Source of the DNA: Candidatus Pacearchaeota archaeon | Lineage (GTDB): Archaea; Nanobdellota; Nanobdellia; Pacearchaeales; GW2011-AR1 | DNA length: 64,000 nt | Direction: 5' to 3' | Assembly: GCA_041651235.1 (NCBI GenBank) | Contig: JBAZJQ010000001.1 | Span: forward strand, 302,449 to 366,448 | In this document: one piece after another, positions 1-9,964 of the stretch | Layout of the letters: every line of letters starts with the position of its first letter | Numbering within the stretch: position 1 is the first letter of the stretch | Notes under the pieces: model-generated | Told to the model about the DNA's origin: nothing | What the model saw: only the letters and a program-made list of their open reading frames with translations | Database searches by the model: none | Position numbers and translations under genes: made by a program

Positions 1-1247
1 CGAATAACGAGGGGGTTGTTAAAATTATTTCTTCACCAGTAATTGCATGCCAAAAATTAACTGTTAAGGATTTTGTGAAGAATTTTAGAAGCAGGTATAG
101 TTTTTTTAAGAATATTTTAAAAGAAAGAAAAGAACTTGAAGGATTGACTTCTATTGATAAAATCTCTGGAAATAAACAATTTTCAATTATCGCCATGGTT
201 AATTCTAAAACTACAACTAAAAATAATAATATTATTTTAGAAGTTGAAGATTTAACTGGAAAAGCCAAACTTTTAATTAATCAGAACAACCCGGAGATTT
301 CTGAAAAAGGAAAAGAGATTCTTTTGGATGATGTTATTGGATTTAAATGCTCTGGAACAAGAGACTTTGTTTTTGTTAATGATTTATTTTACCCAGAAGC
401 AACTTTAGGTGAAAAAAAGAAATTAGATAAAGAGATTTATGCCCTTTTTACTTCAGATATTCATATCGGTTCAAAAAATTTTATTCAAAATAATTTTGAA
501 AAATTTATTAATTGGTTTAATGATAAAAACCAAAAAGAGTTTATTGATAAAATTAAGTATTTGTTTATTGTAGGAGATTCTATTGAGGGTGTTGGAATTT
601 ATCCTGGACAAGAAAAAGAATTAGTTATTAAGGATATCAAGGAACAATATGTTAAACTTGCAGAATATTTAGATAAAATTCCTAAACATATCCAGATTAT
701 TCATTGTCCTGGGCAGCATGATGCAGTAAGAGTTGCAGAGCCCCAGCCTCCTGTTGGAGAAGATTTTGGAGAACCCTTACATAAATTAAAGAATTTACAT
801 CTAGTAAGCAATCCTAGTTTAATTGAAATTGAAGGAAGTAAAAATAAAGAGGGTTTTAAGGTTTTAATGTATCATGGAGCAAGTATGCATGGAGTGGTAG
901 ATGAAATTGAAGAACTAAGATTAAACAAAGGACATCATACCCCCACAAAAATTGTTAAGCATTTGTTAAAAAGAAGACATTTAGCACCAAGTCATGGAAG
1001 TGTAGTTTATATTCCTAACAAAGAACAAGATTCTTTGATAATCACGGAAATCCCTGATATTGTTCTTACAGGGGATTTGCATAGACCTGAAATCGATATG
1101 TATAATAATATTTTACTAATTGCTTCAAGTTGCTGGCAATCTATAACTCCCTTTGAAGAAAAAGTCGGAAATAAACCTGATCCCTGCAAGGTACCTATTT
1201 TAAATTTAAAAACCAGAGAAATAAAAATTCTGGATTTTTCAGAATGA
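1..1247 (+). CDS. DNA polymerase D (PolD) small subunit DP1, 5' end cut by window edge
   Basis: Reading frame is open from position 3 through the listed GTG at 75, so the gene runs off the left edge. DP1 phosphoesterase-type motifs are present (FIVGDSIEGVGIYPGQ, HCPGQHDAVR, MYHGAS, LTGDLHRPE). The stop overlaps the next start (ATGA at 1244-1247). Confidence 0.9.
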   Translation, partial: NNEGVVKIISSPVIACQKLTVKDFVKNFRSRYSFFKNILKERKELEGLTSIDKISGNKQFSIIAMVNSKTTTKNNNIILEVEDLTGKAKLLINQNNPEISEKGKEILLDDVIGFKCSGTRDFVFVNDLFYPEATLGEKKKLDKEIYALFTSDIHIGSKNFIQNNFEKFINWFNDKNQKEFIDKIKYLFIVGDSIEGVGIYPGQEKELVIKDIKEQYVKLAEYLDKIPKHIQIIHCPGQHDAVRVAEPQPPVGEDFGEPLHKLKNLHLVSNPSLIEIEGSKNKEGFKVLMYHGASMHGVVDEIEELRLNKGHHTPTKIVKHLLKRRHLAPSHGSVVYIPNKEQDSLIITEIPDIVLTGDLHRPEIDMYNNILLIASSCWQSITPFEEKVGNKPDPCKVPILNLKTREIKILDFSE

Positions 1248-2218
1248 ACCCAATGAAAATTATAGATAAAGTTTATGGTAATGAAGAAATTGAGGAACAA
1301 GTATTAATTGAGTTAATAAATAGTAAAGAAGTTCAGCGATTAAAAAATATTTCTCAAATGGGTTTGCCTCAAGAATATTACCATATTCCTGTTTATTCTA
1401 GATATGAACACTCTATTGGTGTCTTGATTTTGTTGAGAAGATTAAATGCAGATTTAACTGAACAGATTGCGGGATTATTGCATGATATTTCTCATACTGC
1501 TTTTTCTCATGTGGTTGATTGGGTTATCGGAGATCCTGAAAAAGAAGATTACCAAGATAAAAATCATCTGATAACTATTCAAAATTCTGAAATTCCCACT
1601 ATCTTAAAAAAATATAACTTGAATTACAAGGAAATCTCGGAATTAGACAAATTTTCATTATTAGACCAAGAGATTCCTTCTTTATGTGTAGATAGAATTG
1701 ATTATTCTTTGAGAGAGTTAGTAGAGATATTTGATTTTGAACTAATCCACGCAATTTTGAGAAGTTTAACTAATTTTAATGGACAGATAGTTTTTGATTC
1801 TTCTGAATTAGCATATGAATTTGCTAAAGGATATTTAAAATTACAAAAAGAACACTGGGCAGGAAACCAAGCTAAAATTAGATATTATCTTTTAGCAGAG
1901 ATATTGAAAAAGGCATTAGAAAAAAAGATTATCTTTTTAGAAGATTTTAAAAGCACAGATAAGGAGATAATTCTGAAATTGATTAATAGTAAAGAAGCAA
2001 ATATCCTCAATGATTTAGACAAACTTAAGAAGAGAATATTTTTTGAAGAATCTAATGAGGGCTTTGTAGCAAAAAAGAAATTTAGATATGTAGACCCGGA
2101 AGTATTAATAAACCATGAAATAAAAAAACTTAGTGAAATTTCTAAGGAATATTCTATTTTTTTAGAAAAAGAGAGAGAAGACTCCAAAGTTGAAAAGAGG
2201 ATAAAAATATTATCATGA
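1244..2218 (+). CDS. HD-domain phosphohydrolase, COG1078 / SAMHD1-like dNTPase family
   Basis: N-terminal KIIDKVYG...VQRLKNISQMG, then YSRYEHSIGV and LLHDISHTAFSH (H..HD metal site). Start and stop both overlap the flanking PolD genes by ATGA. Confidence 0.8.
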   Translation: MNPMKIIDKVYGNEEIEEQVLIELINSKEVQRLKNISQMGLPQEYYHIPVYSRYEHSIGVLILLRRLNADLTEQIAGLLHDISHTAFSHVVDWVIGDPEKEDYQDKNHLITIQNSEIPTILKKYNLNYKEISELDKFSLLDQEIPSLCVDRIDYSLRELVEIFDFELIHAILRSLTNFNGQIVFDSSELAYEFAKGYLKLQKEHWAGNQAKIRYYLLAEILKKALEKKIIFLEDFKSTDKEIILKLINSKEANILNDLDKLKKRIFFEESNEGFVAKKKFRYVDPEVLINHEIKKLSEISKEYSIFLEKEREDSKVEKRIKILS

Positions 2219-5200
2219 ACACAGAAGAATACTTCGCAAGTTTGAGTGAAGAGATTCAAAAGAATTATGAGGTAGCTAGGCAAGCAAGAGCAAGGGGATT
2301 GGACCCTGTTGATGAAGTTGAAGTCCCTCTTGCTTTAACAATGGCTGCAAAAGTAGTTAGATTAATTGCCACTATTTATCCTCAATTAGACCGAGAAGAT
2401 ATTATTAATAGAATTTTAGAATTAGAAAAACAATATGGGGCTTTAGATAATACTGTTAGTTTTAAAATTGCAGAAGAAATTGCAAAAGAAACTTACTGTA
2501 AGTTTGAAAATCCATTGCAGGCAATTGATGCAGGAATAAGGGTGGGATTTGCATATACTACGTTAGGAGTTGTGAGTTCCCCAATTGAAGGATACACTGA
2601 AATAAAAATTGGTAAAACTCAAGAGGGAAAATCTTATTTAAAACCTTATTTTTCAGGGCCAATTAGAAGTGCAGGAACAACTGCAAGTTGTGTTGTATTA
2701 ATCTTAGTAGATTACTTAAGACAAATTTTTGGTTATGCAAAATATGATCCCACTGAAGAAGAATGTAAGAGAGTAGTGACAGAATTGTATGACTATCACG
2801 AAAGATGCAATAATTTACAATATTTACCTACTACTGAAGAAGCTTATTTTATTGCAAAAAATATGCCTATTCAGGTTGCAGGAGATCCTACTGAAAAAAA
2901 AGAAGTTTCAAATTTCAAGGATTTGCATAGGATAGATACTAATTTTATTCGGGGAGGACTTTGTTTGATTCTTGGGGAGGGTGTTGCCCAAAAAGCAGCT
3001 AAAGGATTAAGAATTTTAAGAGGAATGCAGAAAAATGGATTAGTTATAAATGATTGGGAGTGGCTAGAAGAATATTTAAAAGTTCATGAAAAAAGAGAAA
3101 AAGGAAAATCAGATACAAGCCCAACATATATTAAAGATTTAGTTGCAGGAAGACCTGTTTTTGGACATCCGGGAAGAGGATTTAGATTTAGATATGGAAG
3201 ATCAAGAGTTGCAGGGTTTTCTGCTGTTTCTGTTCACCCAGCTACAATGGCGGTTACAGATGACTTTATTGCGACAGGAACCCAATTAAAAATTGAAAAA
3301 CCAACTAAAGGTTGTGTAGTAACGCCTTGCGATGAAGTTGATGGACCTATTGTTAAATTAAAAACTGGAAGTGTGAAAAAATTAAGAGATTACGAGGAAG
3401 CTAAAAAACTTTACAAAGATATAGAAGAGATAATTTATCTGGGGGATATTTTATTTCCATTAGGAGATGTTCAAAATAGAAATTCTCTTTTAATCAAACC
3501 CGGATATGTAGAAGAATGGTGGAATTTAGAATTAGAAAAAGCAGGAGAGATTATTAATAATTATTATGAAGTTAAAATAGAAAAAGCAATTGAAGTTTCT
3601 GAAAAATATAAAATTCCTCTACATCCAAGTTATATTTATTATTGGACTCAGGTTTCTTATGAACAATTTTTAGGATTCATTGATTGGTTAGAGCATGCAA
3701 GAATTAGGGATAATAAATTAATTTTTCCTTACAACAAAACAGAAAAAGAAAGATTCCAAAAGGGCAAAAGAGCATTGGAATTACTTGGAGTAGAACATGA
3801 AGTTGCAATTGAAAATGTAGTTTTAGATGAAAGTGCAACAAGAGCTTTGCTAATTAATTTAGGAAAAGATTTAGATTCTTCTTTGGATTTTGATTATCAG
3901 TTTAGTGAAAAAACTAATGTCTTAGAGGTTATTAATGAATTATCTAAATTTAAAATTAAAGATAAAGCAGGAGAATTTATTGGAAGTAGAATGGGAAGAC
4001 CTGAAAAAGCTAAATTAAGAAAATTAATTGGAAGTCCGAATGTTTTGTTTCCTGTTGGAGAAGAAGGAGGAAGACTACGAAGCGTGAATGTAGCATCGGA
4101 TGTTGGAGGAGTTAAATCTAGTTTCCCTTTTTATTATTGTGATAAATGTAAGAGAGAAACCATTTACAGAACTTGTGAGTGTTGTGGAGAAAAAACCAAG
4201 AAAAAATATTTTTGTAGCGTTTGTAATAAAGAATCTGATGAAAAATGCAATATTCATGAAAGAGCAGGCAGTTTTAAACAAACTAGAATTGATATGAAAC
4301 ATTTTTTTGATAATGCAAGAGATAAACTTCATCTGGGAAAATATGAGGTTCCTGAATTAATTAAAGGAATAAGGGGTACAAGTTCTCAGAATCATGATTT
4401 AGAGAACTTAACTAAAGGAATCTTAAGAGCAAAGTATAATCTGCAAGTGAATAAAGATGGAACAATTAGGTATGATATGACTGAATTACCGATTAGTCAT
4501 TTTAAACCTAAAGAAATTGAAGTAAGTCTAGAAAAATTAAAAGAATTGGGTTATGATAAAGATTATCTTGGAGAAGAATTAACTAACGAGGAACAAATTT
4601 TAGAATTAAAACCTCACGATGTTATTCTTCCTTGCAACGCTTTATGCGGAGATGAAAAAGCAGATGAAGTTTTTATTAATACTGCTAAATTCATCGATGA
4701 ATTATTAGAAAAAGTTTATGGCTTGCCTAGATTTTATAATATTAAAAAAAGAGAGGATATTGTTGGGCAATTAGGAGTTTGTATGGCCCCCCATAATTGT
4801 GCAGGAGTCATTTGCAGATTTTTAGGATTTTCTAGGGTGCAAGGATTATTTGCAAGTGCTTACATGCATGCAGCAATTAGAAGAGACTGCGATGGAGATG
4901 AAGCTGCTTTAATGTTGTTGTTAGATGTTTTAATTAATTTTTCAAGAAAGTTTCTTCCGGCACATAGGGGAGGAACACAAGATGCCCCTTTAGTCTTAAA
5001 TGGAAGAATCTCTGCTAGAGAAGTTGATGACCAGATTTTAGATTTCGAATTAGTAAGTAGATACCCTTTAGAATTATATGAAAAAGCAGAACAAAAGTTG
5101 CATTCAAATCAGATTGAAATTGAGATGGTTAAACAAAGATTGAAAAAAGGAACAGATCCGTATATAAATACCGGATTCACTCACGATTCAAATGATTTTA

Positions 5201-5637
5201 ATGCAGGTTGCACTTGTAGCAATTATAAAATTCTTCCAACAATGCAAGAAAAAGTAGATAAACAAATGGGATTATGTGTTAAATTAAGAAGTGTCGATCA
5301 GGGGGATGTGGCTAGACTAATTATTGATAGACATTTTATGAGAGATTTGAAAGGTAATTTAAGAAAGTTTTCCCAACAGAATTTTAGATGCAGCAGATGC
5401 AACGAAAGTTATAGAAGGCCTCCCTTAAATGGAAAGTGTATTAAGTGTACTGGAAATATTATATTCACTATTTCTTATGGAAGTATTGTTAAATATTTAG
5501 GGCCTGCAATAATGCTGACTAAAAATTTTAATGTCCCTCCCTATATTATGCAGGATTTGGAATTAACTAAAAAATATATTGAAAGTATTTTTGGGAAAGA
5601 CAACGAGAAACAAGTAGGATTAGGGGAGTTTATGTAA
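2215..5637 (+). CDS. DNA polymerase D (PolD) large subunit DP2
   Basis: 1140 aa. Has the RRDCDGDEA catalytic-core motif, GSRMGRPEKAK, and several Cys4 zinc clusters (CDKCKRE..CECCG, CSVCNKE..C, CSRCNESYRRPPLNGKCIKC). No intein-sized insertion seen. Confidence 0.93.
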   Translation: MNTEEYFASLSEEIQKNYEVARQARARGLDPVDEVEVPLALTMAAKVVRLIATIYPQLDREDIINRILELEKQYGALDNTVSFKIAEEIAKETYCKFENPLQAIDAGIRVGFAYTTLGVVSSPIEGYTEIKIGKTQEGKSYLKPYFSGPIRSAGTTASCVVLILVDYLRQIFGYAKYDPTEEECKRVVTELYDYHERCNNLQYLPTTEEAYFIAKNMPIQVAGDPTEKKEVSNFKDLHRIDTNFIRGGLCLILGEGVAQKAAKGLRILRGMQKNGLVINDWEWLEEYLKVHEKREKGKSDTSPTYIKDLVAGRPVFGHPGRGFRFRYGRSRVAGFSAVSVHPATMAVTDDFIATGTQLKIEKPTKGCVVTPCDEVDGPIVKLKTGSVKKLRDYEEAKKLYKDIEEIIYLGDILFPLGDVQNRNSLLIKPGYVEEWWNLELEKAGEIINNYYEVKIEKAIEVSEKYKIPLHPSYIYYWTQVSYEQFLGFIDWLEHARIRDNKLIFPYNKTEKERFQKGKRALELLGVEHEVAIENVVLDESATRALLINLGKDLDSSLDFDYQFSEKTNVLEVINELSKFKIKDKAGEFIGSRMGRPEKAKLRKLIGSPNVLFPVGEEGGRLRSVNVASDVGGVKSSFPFYYCDKCKRETIYRTCECCGEKTKKKYFCSVCNKESDEKCNIHERAGSFKQTRIDMKHFFDNARDKLHLGKYEVPELIKGIRGTSSQNHDLENLTKGILRAKYNLQVNKDGTIRYDMTELPISHFKPKEIEVSLEKLKELGYDKDYLGEELTNEEQILELKPHDVILPCNALCGDEKADEVFINTAKFIDELLEKVYGLPRFYNIKKREDIVGQLGVCMAPHNCAGVICRFLGFSRVQGLFASAYMHAAIRRDCDGDEAALMLLLDVLINFSRKFLPAHRGGTQDAPLVLNGRISAREVDDQILDFELVSRYPLELYEKAEQKLHSNQIEIEMVKQRLKKGTDPYINTGFTHDSNDFNAGCTCSNYKILPTMQEKVDKQMGLCVKLRSVDQGDVARLIIDRHFMRDLKGNLRKFSQQNFRCSRCNESYRRPPLNGKCIKCTGNIIFTISYGSIVKYLGPAIMLTKNFNVPPYIMQDLELTKKYIESIFGKDNEKQVGLGEFM

Positions 5638-5694
5638 AAGTATGTTTTATATAATGATTTAATTTAAAAACCAATTCTTATTTTTAATTTAAAT

Positions 5695-6165
5695 ATGGAG
5701 CAGGTTTATGTTACAAAATGTCATGCAGGAATAAAAAGACTTTTTGTTAAAAAAGAAAAAAGATTAATTGAATATTGTGAAAATAAACAAGTAGACCGGG
5801 GAGAGTTAATTGGAAGTCTTCCTTCTTTACAAATTGTAAGGATGATGAGTCGTTCTAATGGTTGGGAAAATGATTATGAAAATGGAGATTTGGTTGTTGG
5901 TAGGGATATTCTTGAGGGGGTAGATATACAAAAATTAAAAGAAAAATTTCCTAGGATTCAGGAGATTAGTTTAGAGCCATTAGCAGATCAAAGATTAATT
6001 AGTTTAGTTAATTCTCACTATAGAATAATGCCCAGTTTATGGCAAATTTGGGAAGGAAATCCTCTAGAGTTAAGACAACATAGCAAAGCATTAGATACTG
6101 TTTTTCGGGAGGGATTTATTCCTTGCCCATTAATTTTAGGGAGATATTTAAACCAGAGAAGATAA
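5695..6165 (+). CDS. hypothetical protein
   Basis: 156-aa ORF in its own intergenic slot; no motif recognised. Confidence 0.5.
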   Translation: MEQVYVTKCHAGIKRLFVKKEKRLIEYCENKQVDRGELIGSLPSLQIVRMMSRSNGWENDYENGDLVVGRDILEGVDIQKLKEKFPRIQEISLEPLADQRLISLVNSHYRIMPSLWQIWEGNPLELRQHSKALDTVFREGFIPCPLILGRYLNQRR

Positions 6166-7356
6166 AATTGTTGGGATTAATAAACAACCCATTAAATGCA
6201 TTCTTTTAATTTCTAGCTGAATTGTTGCGATTCCCAGTGCTGTTGAAACTAATAAAATTAATAATCCTAGAAATCCTGAAAAATAAAAACTAATTAAAAT
6301 AAGCAGAATTAAGATACTTAATGAAATGTAAGAATAATTTATTTTAGATATTTTTTTGCACATTGCTTTCGAAATATTTATGGAAATAATAAAAGCAATT
6401 ATCCCTGAAAATATCATGGTTAGAATAATGCTTATTAAAAAATCGAAGTTGAACATTTCTATTAATTTAGAGACTGCTAATGCAGAGCCAGTTCTTGTTT
6501 TGTTTATGGAATAAAGTGCAATAAAAGATAACCCCATTACAATCGTGTTTAATGCTCCAATTAAAAATAAAAATTCTCTTGGAGACAAATCTCCGGTTAC
6601 TTCTGAACCAATGACTGCTGCTTGAGAAGCTCCTAATCCAGGAAGAAAACTAGTTAGCGGGGCAGAGATTAAAGAAGCAAAAGTGGTTTTTAATAAAGAT
6701 TTTTTTGAGAGTTTAATTTCTTTTAGTCTAGAAATTTCCTGAGTAGGAATTTTTGTTTTCTGTTTAATGCTTATTATAATATTGCTTGTTCCAAATAAAC
6801 CAGTTAATAATGGAAGAAGGGGCTCTTTTAAATTTGAATGCAATACAGCTATTCCTAAAAATCCCGCTAATAAAAAAATAATTAATGCCCTTAGTTTTTT
6901 ATTTTTTTCTGTGTAGATTAAAAAAATTGAAACAATAATTAAAATAAAAGGCATAATTGCCTGAATATTCTGATAAATCCTTGGTAGAAATAAAATAAAT
7001 AAAGGAGTAAAAATTAAAACCAGAATCAGAGCCAATATCCCTCCTTTTAATGTTAAGATTACTGCTTCATGAGCTTTTCCATTTAATAAAAATCGATGTC
7101 CTGGGAGAGTACTTAGCAAAGTATCTTCATCAGGAGCTCCTAAAAATATGCTTGGAATAAAATCCACAAAAGTGTGGGTTATGGACATTGCAACAATAAA
7201 TACAACTAAAATTAAGGGAGAGACTATCGCAAGAAAAAAAGTAGAAAAAGAAATTAAAGAAATAGCTACTAGATTAATATGAATGCCTGGAAAAATGCCA
7301 GTCAGAGTTCCTGCTAAAATTCCTAAAAATAATGCTAATATTATTGCTATTAACAT
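6148..7356 (-). CDS. DUF112/TctA-family polytopic membrane protein
   Basis: About 10 hydrophobic segments. Two repeats with TctA-like signatures (GIFPGIHINL, IFLGAPDEDTLLSTLPGHRFLLNGKAHEAV, LPGLGASQAAVIGSE). Confidence 0.6.
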   Translation of the reverse strand: MLIAIILALFLGILAGTLTGIFPGIHINLVAISLISFSTFFLAIVSPLILVVFIVAMSITHTFVDFIPSIFLGAPDEDTLLSTLPGHRFLLNGKAHEAVILTLKGGILALILVLIFTPLFILFLPRIYQNIQAIMPFILIIVSIFLIYTEKNKKLRALIIFLLAGFLGIAVLHSNLKEPLLPLLTGLFGTSNIIISIKQKTKIPTQEISRLKEIKLSKKSLLKTTFASLISAPLTSFLPGLGASQAAVIGSEVTGDLSPREFLFLIGALNTIVMGLSFIALYSINKTRTGSALAVSKLIEMFNFDFLISIILTMIFSGIIAFIISINISKAMCKKISKINYSYISLSILILLILISFYFSGFLGLLILLVSTALGIATIQLEIKRMHLMGCLLIPTILSSLV

Positions 7357-7436
7357 TTTATTTATTCAATGTTAAGGAGTTTAAATATTTTTTATTTTTA
7401 TTAAGTTATATAAACTTGGAAAGCTTTGATTAATAA

Positions 7437-7694
7437 ATGAAATATAAAATAAGAAAATATAGCAATTTTAAAAGAAGGAATGTTTTTGAAACTTACGAAC
7501 CCAAAAAAAGATTTATTACTCGGGGACAGAGTATCCCTTTGGTAATAAGAATAGGAAGAAAGTTTTTATTTCTGGGAGGAATAATTAGTTTATTTTTTTC
7601 GGGGATTATCTTTGGAATTAAAAGTTTCTTTGGGATAAAGAAAAAAGTAAATCGCATGGGAAAGACTATAGAATTTAGAATCAAAGGAGCTTAA
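7437..7694 (+). CDS. small basic membrane protein (hypothetical)
   Basis: 85-aa ORF filling an otherwise empty gap, with one clear TM (FLFLGGIISLFFSGIIFGI). No homology recognised. Confidence 0.35.
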   Translation: MKYKIRKYSNFKRRNVFETYEPKKRFITRGQSIPLVIRIGRKFLFLGGIISLFFSGIIFGIKSFFGIKKKVNRMGKTIEFRIKGA

Positions 7695-7744
7695 GAAATA
7701 TTTATAAGCTATAATTCTTTTAAAGGGATATAAAAGAGGAGAAA

Positions 7745-8581
7745 ATGGCAGACAGAAGACTTGTAGAATATTTTAGATTGCACAGAGGAAATTACCCCTT
7801 GGAGGCTTTAAAGAAAAAAGTTCTCTCAGAAGGATATACCAAACAAGATGTCCAAGAAGCGTTGGAACATCTAGATAATCTTTCTAAGGAAAACGTCCCC
7901 ACTATGAAAGCTACAATTAAAAAAATAAATGCAGAAAATTTAGGAGACCCAAATGAGATTGGCAAAAAACCTGTTTCTGTTAATAGTTTGTGGATGAAAT
8001 TAGGGGGTTTTGCAGGAATTTTAACTTTATTGTTTATAATTCTTTCTAGTTTTTTTATTGATTTATCTGGGATAAGTAATTTTCTTCCTATAGTTTTAGT
8101 TTTAGCTGGAGGCGTATGCATGTTATTTTTTTATTTTGGATTTGTTACTTTGGGAAAAAAATATAACCAAAAATTATTAGGGGTAATAAGCTGGATTTTT
8201 ATTGTATTTACTTTGTTATTTATTTTTGGGGAGATATCTTTAATTGCGGCTCCGAATCTAATTAATAAGTTTATTAATTTAATTCCTACAACTGTTAATT
8301 TTGCGGATTTAGGTTCAGTTATGGGCTTATTATTTCAAACACTGATTATATTCACAATTAGTTTTTTAGTGTTAGTTCTAATCTTTATGATTTTAACAAT
8401 TTTGTTAGGAGTAGGGTTATTAAAATTAAGTGAGCATGTTAAATTTGCAAAACTTACTGGAATCTTATTAATAATCGGTGCATCTACCTTAGTAATTGGA
8501 ATAGGACTTTTAATATTGCCTATTGCTTATATTTTTGAAATTGTTTTATTGTTAAGCGCAAGTAAAAAGCAGTTATTTTAA
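7745..8581 (+). CDS. polytopic membrane protein with short cytoplasmic N-terminal helical domain
   Basis: GAGGAG Shine-Dalgarno-like run upstream. N-terminal LSEGYTKQDVQEALEHL motif, then about 6 TM segments. Confidence 0.6.
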   Translation: MADRRLVEYFRLHRGNYPLEALKKKVLSEGYTKQDVQEALEHLDNLSKENVPTMKATIKKINAENLGDPNEIGKKPVSVNSLWMKLGGFAGILTLLFIILSSFFIDLSGISNFLPIVLVLAGGVCMLFFYFGFVTLGKKYNQKLLGVISWIFIVFTLLFIFGEISLIAAPNLINKFINLIPTTVNFADLGSVMGLLFQTLIIFTISFLVLVLIFMILTILLGVGLLKLSEHVKFAKLTGILLIIGASTLVIGIGLLILPIAYIFEIVLLLSASKKQLF

Positions 8582-8911
8582 ATAAACTTTATTTGCTTGA
8601 ATCTGCAGATTATGATTATATTCTTGGATTGTTCCAATAACTATAAGATTGGATTCTTTTGTTAGATTCAGGATTTTGTCTAAAGTTAGGTCTATTTTTC
8701 CTGTTGAATCATTAATAGAAATAATCTGGAAATTAGAATCTTGATAAGACCTTATGTTTGTTATTTTTCCTTGAATTTTTATGTTTTGATTTAAATTAGA
8801 TAAGGATAATTGATTTATATTCATTAAATCAGGTTCTTGAATATTTATTAAGATTAATAGACCTAAAATGCCTAGTAAGGATATTATTAAACTTATAGCT
8901 AATAATTTCAT
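8573..8911 (-). CDS. membrane-anchored OB-fold protein
   Basis: N-terminal signal anchor, then an OB-like pattern (IKIQGKITNIRSYQDSNFQIISINDSTGKIDLTL...LIVIGTIQEYNHNLQIQ). Confidence 0.55.
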   Translation of the reverse strand: MKLLAISLIISLLGILGLLILINIQEPDLMNINQLSLSNLNQNIKIQGKITNIRSYQDSNFQIISINDSTGKIDLTLDKILNLTKESNLIVIGTIQEYNHNLQIQANKVYLK

Positions 8912-8950
8912 CTTAATAATCTTTATAAGGAGAGTTTAAGATTTAAATTT

Positions 8951-9940
8951 ATGGTTAGAATAGCAATTGAAGCAAGTGAAAATGAAAATGGTTTTAATAA
9001 TGTTTTGAAAGGAGCAGAATTTGCTTTGAGCTCTAATCCAAGCTTGAGATTAATTTTAGTTGCAGGAGAAGATAGAGTTTTTAATAACTTGAAATTACCC
9101 CCTAATATAGAATTAGTTAGAACGAAATTTACTTATGATTCTAAGATTAAACCAAATCAAAAAACTAGTTCAATTCACAAAGCAATTGAAATGCATAAAA
9201 ATAACGAGGTTGATGCAGTTATTTCCCCTGGAGACACAAGAGGAGCAGTTAGGTTTTCTTACCAGCTATTGGGGTTAATGAAGAATGTTTTAAGTCCTGC
9301 AATTCCCACTCACTGGCCAAGAAAAAATGTAATGTTAGATTCTGGAGCGAATCCCGAATCTAAACTTAACAATTTATATCAATATGCTATAATGGGGCAT
9401 AATTTTTCTAAATATTATTTGGGAGTTGAAAGTCCATTAATTAGTATTGTTACTAATGGCGTAGAAAGACAAAAAGGAAGTAGGGAGGCTAAAAAAGCAA
9501 AAAGATTAATAGATAGATTAAATGAAAGAGGATTTAATATTTATGAGGGATTTTTTGAAGGAACTTCTTATGCAGATTTAGACAGAGGAATTGTTGGAGT
9601 GATTGGAGGAGAAGAAGGAAATATTGCTTTAAAAATTGCAGAAACTGCATTAATGATCCCTTTAAAGATAATGAAAGAAGAGTTTATGAAACAAGGTTGG
9701 TTGAAAAAAGCATTAGGATACTGGGGAGTAAAAACTCCTTTAGCAAGATTAAAACAAATTTGCGATTATAGGAAATATGCTACTGCTCCTTTATTGGGAA
9801 TAAATGGAAATGTAATGATTTGTCATGGAAGATCTGATTCAGAAACAATTGCCAATGCGATTAAAATAACTGATAATTATCTTAAGGCAGGTGTTAATGA
9901 ACATTTAAGAGAAGATATGATTCAATATGGAAAAGTTTAA
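8951..9940 (+). CDS. plsX: PlsX-family phosphate acyltransferase-like protein
   Basis: Collinear with bacterial PlsX blocks: VISPGDTRGAV (cf. SAGNTGA), LDSGANPE (cf. LDLGAN), APLLGINGNVMICHGRSD (cf. LLGLRGTVIKSHG). Confidence 0.7.
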   Translation: MVRIAIEASENENGFNNVLKGAEFALSSNPSLRLILVAGEDRVFNNLKLPPNIELVRTKFTYDSKIKPNQKTSSIHKAIEMHKNNEVDAVISPGDTRGAVRFSYQLLGLMKNVLSPAIPTHWPRKNVMLDSGANPESKLNNLYQYAIMGHNFSKYYLGVESPLISIVTNGVERQKGSREAKKAKRLIDRLNERGFNIYEGFFEGTSYADLDRGIVGVIGGEEGNIALKIAETALMIPLKIMKEEFMKQGWLKKALGYWGVKTPLARLKQICDYRKYATAPLLGINGNVMICHGRSDSETIANAIKITDNYLKAGVNEHLREDMIQYGKV

Positions 9941-9964
9941 TAATCATTTTTAGATTAATTATCT

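Noticed and set aside
2215-5637. Checked DP2 for inteins or a split
   Set aside because: 1140 aa is within the intein-free size range, and I see no intein block motifs and no extra domain between the conserved segments.
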